Source: an uncultured candidatus Porisulfidus sp.
Lineage (GTDB): Bacteria > Pseudomonadota > Gammaproteobacteria > Poriferisulfidales > Poriferisulfidaceae
DNA length: 64,000 nucleotides
Direction: 5' to 3'
NCBI GenBank assembly: GCA_965204575.1
Contig: OZ241993.1
Span: forward strand, 1,632,001 to 1,696,000
Shown here: piece by piece, positions 57,695 to 64,000 of the stretch
Layout of the letters: each line of letters opens with the position of its first letter
Numbering within the stretch: the first letter of the stretch is position 1
The notes under the pieces: generated by a model
Database searches by the model: none
What the model was told of the DNA's origin: nothing
What the model saw: only the letters and a program-made list of their open reading frames with translations
Program-made: the position numbers and the translations under genes

Positions 57695-57973
57695 CTAGGC
57701 AGCTTGTGCCTGATTTTTATCGGGCTGAGAAGGCGACAGAAGTCCGGCGGCGCGGAACCCTTCAAACAACCCTTCCATATGCGATACGCGACTTTCCACG
57801 GAGGACACGCGGCCTTCCAAAGCCGACATGCGACCTTCCAAAGCCGACATGCGGCCTTCCAAAGCCGACATGCGGCCTTCCAAAGCTGAAATGCGGCTCA
57901 AGATGACCTTGCTCTGTGCGAACACGGCACCCAGGATCGTCACGATCAGGATAATCAATTGAATGTTGTCCAT
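57695..57973 (-). CDS. Small membrane-anchored coiled-coil heptad-repeat protein
   Basis: TM IILIVTILGAVFA then (I/M)SALEGR x4, VSSVESR, VSHMEGL. Confidence 0.75.
   Translation of the reverse strand: MDNIQLIILIVTILGAVFAQSKVILSRISALEGRMSALEGRMSALEGRMSALEGRVSSVESRVSHMEGLFEGFRAAGLLSPSQPDKNQAQAA
57809..57892. repeat. 21-bp tandem repeat, 4 copies (plus 2 degenerate)
   Basis: GCGGCCTTCCAAAGCCGACAT units at 57809, 57830, 57851, 57872. Confidence 0.95.
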
Positions 57974-58026
57974 CAGCATGATGCGTTCAGGTTGGTCAGC
58001 CTTATTTATTCCAACCCCGGGGTAAT

Positions 58027-59232
58027 TCAAGATCCCTCCTCAATTCCGTTTTTCGGAGGGGACGATGGTTGCGAGTCTAGCACAGAAGCCTCCCCTGCTC
58101 CAACTGGAAGGCTGTCGGCGTCTTCCATGGTCTCGGAAGAAATCCGGGCGCCGTCGACCCGGTCGCCCAGGCAGGAAGCCAGAAGGTTCCGACCCCGCTC
58201 TGCATGCTCTTCGCTGTGGGTGTCCAGAAGCACCTCACCCTCCGAGATTTCAACCATGCCGAGATACTCGCCGTCCACATTCGCATTCTTCCCAAGGAGT
58301 CGGCTAAACCATTGCCTGATCCGACCATTGCCAGGGGTGCCGGGTTCGACCCAGACCCAAAAGAAACCCCCGTCCTCCACTCTTTCGAGTTCCTCGACCG
58401 CATCCAGGACCGAGGCGATTTCCTCTGGCTTCCTCTTGAGGGGAAAGTAAACTTCGAAATATGCGAAATCCTCCTCGTCCACATCCTCGAATTCGTCGTC
58501 CTCGAAAGACAAGGCCTGATCCAGGGTGTACGACATCCAGAACCATGACAGCATGGCGGCAGGGCCTGGCGAGGACAATGCGGCATCCCGCACGGCACGC
58601 TCGTCCCTCTCGATCCCCTTCGCCTCCTTTCCCGACTCCGCAGAACCGAAGTGAATCCTTGTGTACTCTTCGAACAACTGGTCGAAGGTTTCCAGGATTT
58701 TAGGGACAATCTCGGGAGAGATGGAAAGGTGCTCGTTGGCCAGCAAAGGGTCGCCGTTGATCGTGACAACCCGCCCGGCAATGTAATCCCCCTGCTCCAG
58801 GTATTCCAGCGCTTCCTCCTTTCCCAAAACAACCGGATCATCATCTCGGAACCGGTCCTGGATCGTCACCGCCCCTTCCGGGCTCACCGCCACGACCTCA
58901 TAAAGCGACGCGACAGATTGCCTGATGGCCTTCAGATAACGCTTGCCGCGGACGCTCTCGCGCCAGCCGCATTTCTCAAGATAGGCGTCAACGACATTCT
59001 GTTTCTCTTCTCCGAACTCGACCGCGCAAAAGTCCCCCAGGATGTACGCCCTGAGCATCTGGCTGTGATGTTCGTCCAGCAGGTCGTCGATGTCGCCCGC
59101 GTCAAGCCCGAAGTTTTCTTCGACCGGGTCGAGGTAGAGGTCGATTATTCTGGAGAAACACTCCTGCCACGGCTCCCGCTTGCTCCATTTGGCCAGGTTC
59201 CGGGTCGCCTTGGTGTACTCAGGACGGGACAT
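58027..59232 (-). CDS. Conserved acidic hypothetical protein
   Basis: 401-aa ORF with host-like codon use; NVVDAYLEKCGWRES..YLKAIRQS..SLYEV motif. Confidence 0.7.
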   Translation of the reverse strand: MSRPEYTKATRNLAKWSKREPWQECFSRIIDLYLDPVEENFGLDAGDIDDLLDEHHSQMLRAYILGDFCAVEFGEEKQNVVDAYLEKCGWRESVRGKRYLKAIRQSVASLYEVVAVSPEGAVTIQDRFRDDDPVVLGKEEALEYLEQGDYIAGRVVTINGDPLLANEHLSISPEIVPKILETFDQLFEEYTRIHFGSAESGKEAKGIERDERAVRDAALSSPGPAAMLSWFWMSYTLDQALSFEDDEFEDVDEEDFAYFEVYFPLKRKPEEIASVLDAVEELERVEDGGFFWVWVEPGTPGNGRIRQWFSRLLGKNANVDGEYLGMVEISEGEVLLDTHSEEHAERGRNLLASCLGDRVDGARISSETMEDADSLPVGAGEASVLDSQPSSPPKNGIEEGS

Positions 59233-59289
59233 GGGGAATCTCAGGTGGCACGCTCAGTCCATTGTATGGCAACGGCATGCCGACCTGGA

Positions 59290-59490
59290 AACCCTGGCAG
59301 AGCATGACCGTAGGAGCCTTGAGTGTCTCCAAATCGTGCTTTCCCCGGATGTCCTAGCGCCAGCCGTGCCACCCGGGATAGCTGTCGATGACGTTCCCCT
59401 CGCCCCGGTCGCCGAGCCGAGTCGTGAAGAAACCCTCCGTGATGAAGGCGGACAGCAACGCCGAGAAGACCGTTGTGCCTAGCTATTGCA
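59290..59490 (-). pseudogene. Degenerate paralogous fragment of the 58027-59232 gene
   Basis: Manual translation LSAFITEGFFTTRLGDRGEGNVIDSYPGWHGWR*DIRGKHDLETLK aligns with LRAYILGDFCAVEFGEEKQNVVDAYLEKCGWRESVRGKRYLKAIR. Confidence 0.7.
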
Positions 59491-59663
59491 TGTGCAGCAA
59501 GTCAAGAGCGGCTGATCCGGAATGCATCAAGCCGACCGCAAGATTTGTCAGAGATTCCTTTCAAGGAGCAGGGGGCTGTGAGAAATCCACTCAGGGGCGC
59601 CACCAAGAGCAATAAGATATACTCCCTGCGAATTGTAGTGACGAACTCTCTCGAAAACCGACC

Positions 59664-60860
59664 ATGAATCAAAATGAATCACGCATAAGCGTCACACATT
59701 TTCCCCCATACGGCGAAGTTCGCCATCTTCTCCGAATCTGGGATGGGTGGTCCCGAAAACAACTCACTGGATTAAATCAATCTATCCGGAATCTGACAGG
59801 AACACCTCAAAACATCGTCGATTGGACCAATCCTGACAAATGGATCGCTGAACGACTTGGAGGCAAGGACCGCGAACTCGCTGCACTCATCTGGGAACAG
59901 AGTGGTAAAACTGTCAATCCAAGGTATACCCATGGCCACTGGAGCCTGATCCAAAAGTACAACCTTTTCAGTGAAGTATCTGACGGCGAACTTCAACTCA
60001 CCGAAGATGGTCAGGAATTCGTTAACCATGACGCCGGTCAAACTGAGCAATGCCTCGATAAACGAGAAGGGCTCATCGACCTTCTTTCCTTAGTTGAAAA
60101 TAATGAGCCCACACGCGTTAGCGGGATTCGTGAAGACTGGGCCCACCATCTCAAACTCAATTCCAATTTCCGCAGCCCCGCCACTTTCATGACCTGTCTC
60201 CATTCACGAATCAACAATCTACTTGGCCGGGATCTGATAGAACGTGATGGTGTGAGATATTCGCTGACTGGGAAAGGGTCGAAATATCTTCAGCGGTTTG
60301 ACGCCAGAGGAGGGTCTGATGACCCTGCGACGAAACTCCAAAAATCACTGAAACAGCAAGAGGACAGAACCCGGAAAGATCTGTTGGAACGCCTGCTGGA
60401 CATGGACCCTCGGGAGTTCGAATATCTCGTGAAACGCCTCTTAGTCAGCATGGGCTATGAAAACACCGAAGTGACAAAAAGTTCAGGAGATGGCGGCGTG
60501 GACGTGATTGCTGATATCGAAGTTGGTATTACTTCCGTCAAGGAGGTGGTCCAAGCCAAGAGACACCGCGGGACCATTCAACGGCACGTACTGGATGCTC
60601 TTCGAGGCTCGCTGCACCGATTCGACGCGTTCAGAGGAACCATCGTTACAACGGGCAGATTCACGAGTGGAGCCAAGGAAGCCACTTTGGAGCGCCAAGC
60701 CGCGCCAATTACCTTGATTGATGGCGACAAACTCGTAGACCTTTTGATTGAGCATGGCATCGGGGTTCGTAAACATACCATCCATCTGCCTGACCGATTC
60801 CCTCCACTCGGAATTGACGAGGCGGACAGCGAAACTGAGCTAGCCAGCCGAGATGAATAA
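59664..60860 (+). CDS. Mrr-family (type IV) restriction endonuclease with wHTH N-terminal region
   Basis: MDPREFEYLV..MGY; SGDGGVD; VQAKR; GTIVTTGRFT; ITLIDGDKLVDLL. Confidence 0.88.
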   Translation: MNQNESRISVTHFPPYGEVRHLLRIWDGWSRKQLTGLNQSIRNLTGTPQNIVDWTNPDKWIAERLGGKDRELAALIWEQSGKTVNPRYTHGHWSLIQKYNLFSEVSDGELQLTEDGQEFVNHDAGQTEQCLDKREGLIDLLSLVENNEPTRVSGIREDWAHHLKLNSNFRSPATFMTCLHSRINNLLGRDLIERDGVRYSLTGKGSKYLQRFDARGGSDDPATKLQKSLKQQEDRTRKDLLERLLDMDPREFEYLVKRLLVSMGYENTEVTKSSGDGGVDVIADIEVGITSVKEVVQAKRHRGTIQRHVLDALRGSLHRFDAFRGTIVTTGRFTSGAKEATLERQAAPITLIDGDKLVDLLIEHGIGVRKHTIHLPDRFPPLGIDEADSETELASRDE

Positions 60861-60939
60861 ATCTACAGCAATACTTGCCGCAGTACATTTCCGAGCTGGA
60901 GATGGAACACAAGAAACATTTTTCAGGAGGAACTGATCC

Positions 60940-61242
60940 ATGAATTTTACCGAGACAAACCCACGAGAAAACGCCCGTTTGGGAATGGCCTACTTAGAGC
61001 AATCTGTTATCGGGGTGCTTCTGGAGGCAAGAGAGAGCGGGAGCGGATCGCTTGGTGCGACAGAGATCGCAAAGCGGGCTGGTATTCCGGCAAAAGCCTT
61101 CAAGCCCGCGTTCGGTAATGCGATTACGTCCGGAATCTTGGCGCGACTCTCGGAGCAGAAACGCATTGAACAATCATACGATAAAGGACCATGGCGGCTA
61201 ACCGAGGAAGAATTCACCAAACTAGAGGCAACCAGCGAGTAG
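60940..61242 (+). CDS. Small wHTH-like hypothetical protein
   Basis: AGGAGG RBS; LGATEIAKRAGI..ILARLSEQKRIE..WRLT. Confidence 0.65.
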   Translation: MNFTETNPRENARLGMAYLEQSVIGVLLEARESGSGSLGATEIAKRAGIPAKAFKPAFGNAITSGILARLSEQKRIEQSYDKGPWRLTEEEFTKLEATSE

Positions 61243-61322
61243 TAGACACGACATCAGCCCGGATAGGGTCACCCGCACAATCACCACAGCATTCCGCAAG
61301 TGCAGGAAAATTCTACAACCCC

Positions 61323-61450
61323 TTACCGCACAAAATCAGGATAAACCCTGTCACGGTCAGAAATCACAACCGGGTGGGCGGGCCAATCAATCGAAAAAGC
61401 CGGATCATCCCACCGCGCACCACATTCGTGGCCAGACTCATACATGCGCC
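61323..61450 (-). pseudogene. C-terminal remnant of dTDP-4-dehydrorhamnose 3,5-epimerase (RmlC/RfbC-like)
   Basis: YESGHECGARWDDPAFSIDWP..VISDRDR matches the RmlC C-terminal motif; N-terminal part missing. Confidence 0.7.
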
Positions 61451-61531
61451 CATCTGGTAAAGAACATCCAAGCAATCGTTCCCCTTCAGAAGCCTTGGAT
61501 TTGACAGACTTATCCATCAGACATCTCCCCT

Positions 61532-62629
61532 CTAATAAACAGCAATGCCGTGCGCGGGCAATAACTCCTTCAGCACATAATAACGATGGAGTGCTGCGGC
61601 TTGGTGAAATCGATAGATATGAGCCCCTATAGCCTCTTTTGAGGAGGGATATTTTGAGAATTGGCTTTTTTCGTTTTCCCACTCTTCAAAAGAGTAGGCA
61701 ATCCTCTCTTCGTCCGGCTCTGGAGGGTAGATGGTTCCTTGTTCAATCGCCGACCGCCATTGTTGGACTCTATCCTCTTTTCTCCCCTCAAACCGAAGAA
61801 TTTCATTCACCTTTTCCTTGAATGAGGAAAACGGTTGCTGAACCACTGGGTTGTCCACATAATACTGATGGGCAAACGAAGACAAGTACTGATGAAGTTC
61901 TTCACATCCCTCCAAATAAGTCTTTGGATTGTCGCGGTCGGATAGGGTTCCGTTTTTGGGACGTTTCTTTTCGAATGTCACTCGCCAATGAAGAAACGGA
62001 CGATCCGGGTAGGTCGCCACAGCACCATGCCCTAGCGCACCGGTACCCTTTTCAATTAACGAACTCGTAAAAGAACGCAAACCATACTTGTTGATGAAAG
62101 CGCCTTTCTTGTCAAGAAGATATCGTTCCATCTCCTCGTTCTTTACTTCAATCAATTCAAAGGAGTCTTCGTCCACCTTGTTGTATTCTGAACTGATGCC
62201 TGAAAAGCCATAATGAGAGAAAGTGTCCATGTAAACGTGGGCGGCAATCCCCATAAGTTCAAATCCAAAAGGCTGGTCCAGAGCTTTCTTGATGTGGTGT
62301 CCGATCATCTCTCGGACAATCTGACTGTTTTTGACGCAGAGCAGTTTCTCCTCTAGGGACTCCCCGTCACCACCAGGCAGAAAATGGAAAGGAACCCAGA
62401 CTCGCCGTTGTTCATCAGCCTCAACTAACCGGTTAAGCACACATTGACTATCATGATGGGCAGTGGCAATTCCGTAGAGCAACCCTTTGTCCGGATGAGG
62501 CTCACTGTCTTGCTGAGTGGAGTCATCCACGAATTGTGCGGCATAAGCAAGAGTTTTTGCATGAGCCGGAAGAAGGCCTGCCGCACGGGCAAGAACATAG
62601 GTTCCATAAAAGTGCATATCGGTCTGCAT
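61532..62629 (-). CDS. DUF6765-like protein, putative Zn-dependent phospholipase C/P1-nuclease fold
   Basis: DMHFYGTYVLARAAG; YAAQFVDD; TAH; VWVPFHFLPG; GIAAHVYMDTFSH; LGHG. Confidence 0.7.
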   Translation of the reverse strand: MQTDMHFYGTYVLARAAGLLPAHAKTLAYAAQFVDDSTQQDSEPHPDKGLLYGIATAHHDSQCVLNRLVEADEQRRVWVPFHFLPGGDGESLEEKLLCVKNSQIVREMIGHHIKKALDQPFGFELMGIAAHVYMDTFSHYGFSGISSEYNKVDEDSFELIEVKNEEMERYLLDKKGAFINKYGLRSFTSSLIEKGTGALGHGAVATYPDRPFLHWRVTFEKKRPKNGTLSDRDNPKTYLEGCEELHQYLSSFAHQYYVDNPVVQQPFSSFKEKVNEILRFEGRKEDRVQQWRSAIEQGTIYPPEPDEERIAYSFEEWENEKSQFSKYPSSKEAIGAHIYRFHQAAALHRYYVLKELLPAHGIAVY

Positions 62630-62690
62630 GGATCCCCCTCTGAAGACTCTCTTAATGGTAGAAGTGTTTCTCGAACAGGTTCTGCTTATT

Positions 62691-63302
62691 TCAGCCGCTA
62701 GGCGTTTTAGCTCCTTCCTTTTCGGAGGAAGCCCTCGTTTGATTTGGTGTGTCAGTGCTATCAGGCTGTGGCGGGCTCTGATCTGAACCCTTCCCTGCGA
62801 AATAGAAACCAGTCACAGCACCAGCAAGAGTTCCGAAGGCTGTAACTACTTGCTCAAAATTCTCCCCCATTACATTGGCTCCGAATACAAGAACATTAAC
62901 GAAAGAAGCAACGATCAGCAAAGCCAGCATTGCACGCACTGAACCCTTTGGAAGATTTAAACTTGTGAGTTTTTCGGATTTTTCGGAGTTTGAGATATAG
63001 CTCGCATAGCAGGGTGCCGCCAACAAAACCAACAACAATAACAATACTTCCGTCAAAAAAAGCGGCTCACACAACCACGTGCCATCACAAAACGTAGTAG
63101 CTTGAGGGTTTACTGAACTTTCTGCTGTCAGTTCACTTGCCTGTGCAACAGATAATATGTTCATGATGTCGTTCCCATAATTTTTAACTCCTATATCTAA
63201 GCGTACTGGCGTGGCTTTCCATGCTAACACCAAAAAATCGTAAGTTGGATTGAATCTCCTTTTTTGCTGATTACTTCCCGCATCAGCATTAGAGTCCGGC
63301 AT
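62691..63302 (-). CDS. Hypothetical membrane protein (~3 TM)
   Basis: Hydrophobic segments; LNLPKGSVRAMLALL; GAVTGFYF. Confidence 0.65.
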   Translation of the reverse strand: MPDSNADAGSNQQKRRFNPTYDFLVLAWKATPVRLDIGVKNYGNDIMNILSVAQASELTAESSVNPQATTFCDGTWLCEPLFLTEVLLLLLVLLAAPCYASYISNSEKSEKLTSLNLPKGSVRAMLALLIVASFVNVLVFGANVMGENFEQVVTAFGTLAGAVTGFYFAGKGSDQSPPQPDSTDTPNQTRASSEKEGAKTPSG

Positions 63303-63571
63303 TCGCTGACCATTATCTTATACCTGCTTTACTAGACTAGTGGCTTAACAGATAGAATACCAGACGGCTGACCTAAATGTTTAAGTTTCACATCCTCTCT
63401 GACCTATCAGCACCTAACTCTTTGCTAGATATAACCGCCTAAAATGTCCTACTGTTCGTATGATAATTGATTCTGTGTACATAGGTTTCGGATGCGGCTT
63501 GTGCTGGCGCAAGCCATTATGTTGACCTTTTATAATTTTGCATCTCATTGAGCCCAAAAAGCGTGTTTTCC

Positions 63572-64000
63572 ATGGCTCGCATAGACGAACCTTTCAGCGA
63601 AGATTTCCACGGCAGATTGGTTGTTGAAGAAATTTCGACAAATTGCGTTGAGGTTTTCTATGTTCCTTCAAGGCGAAGTTTTGAGTTGTCAGGACTAGAT
63701 TCTGCTAAATTTTCAACCCATCAAGTAAAGTTACTTCGAATAGATAGCGGAAATCAGAGCCTTACAATTTATCCGATCAACACACTTGCCACTAGCACAA
63801 GATTTTTGCAGCCGAAATACGAGCAGATTAAATGCATCACCCTGATAGGTAGCAATGTTGTCCACAATTTTTCGCCTGATGGCGATGGCATACCTCCATC
63901 CGGCCAAGCTTTTATGTCACCCACCTTAGGCCCGACAAAACCGTTAGAAGATGATTCGCTGGATATTGACTCGCTTCACCTCGTTCCTGCAACACAGGAG
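63572..64000 (+). CDS. Partial ORF running off the window; N-terminus possibly of a Shedu (DUF4263)-type protein
   Basis: Open from ATG 63572 to window end: MARIDEPF..LTIYPINTL..FLQPKYEQIKCITL; family call is from recalled resemblance only. Confidence 0.45.
   Translation, partial: MARIDEPFSEDFHGRLVVEEISTNCVEVFYVPSRRSFELSGLDSAKFSTHQVKLLRIDSGNQSLTIYPINTLATSTRFLQPKYEQIKCITLIGSNVVHNFSPDGDGIPPSGQAFMSPTLGPTKPLEDDSLDIDSLHLVPATQE

Noticed and set aside
57809-57892. CRISPR or iteron call for the 21-bp repeats
   Set aside because: No spacers; units encode in-frame heptads

Overview
High-GC gammaproteobacterial chromosome segment (inferred from protein sequences and gene order; probably a sulfur-metabolising organism). 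Core content: the 3' end of uvrA; the complete str-S10-spc-alpha ribosomal protein supercluster (1449-19084, minus strand); aprM-aprB-aprA (reverse APS reductase, no sat in the window); prs/tRNA-Gln/ispE/lolB/TPR; hemA-prfA-prmC; gatCAB and mreBCD separated by an intact IS1380-family element with visible IRs and target duplication; rnd, a persulfide dioxygenase, BolA, two c-type cytochromes and a SulP transporter. Lower-GC accessory islets lie between the core blocks: decayed toxin-antitoxin modules, a DUF1156-type methylase + PD-(D/E)xK nuclease pair, a stand-alone caspase-family protease, an RloA/RloB (AbiL-like) pair, an AAA-DUF4143 ATPase with a repeated operator, a wHTH-PIN-coiled-coil-transmembrane protein, and a right-end islet with Mrr, a DUF6765-like metallohydrolase + membrane protein and a partial ORF running off the window. 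The most unusual signals are (i) a remodelled uL23 with an obligatory ~60-aa N-terminal extension starting with an amphipathic helix plus a 4-residue deletion in its exit-tunnel loop, and (ii) several uncharacterised defence-like architectures. All family assignments come from motif recognition by eye; no database searches were run.
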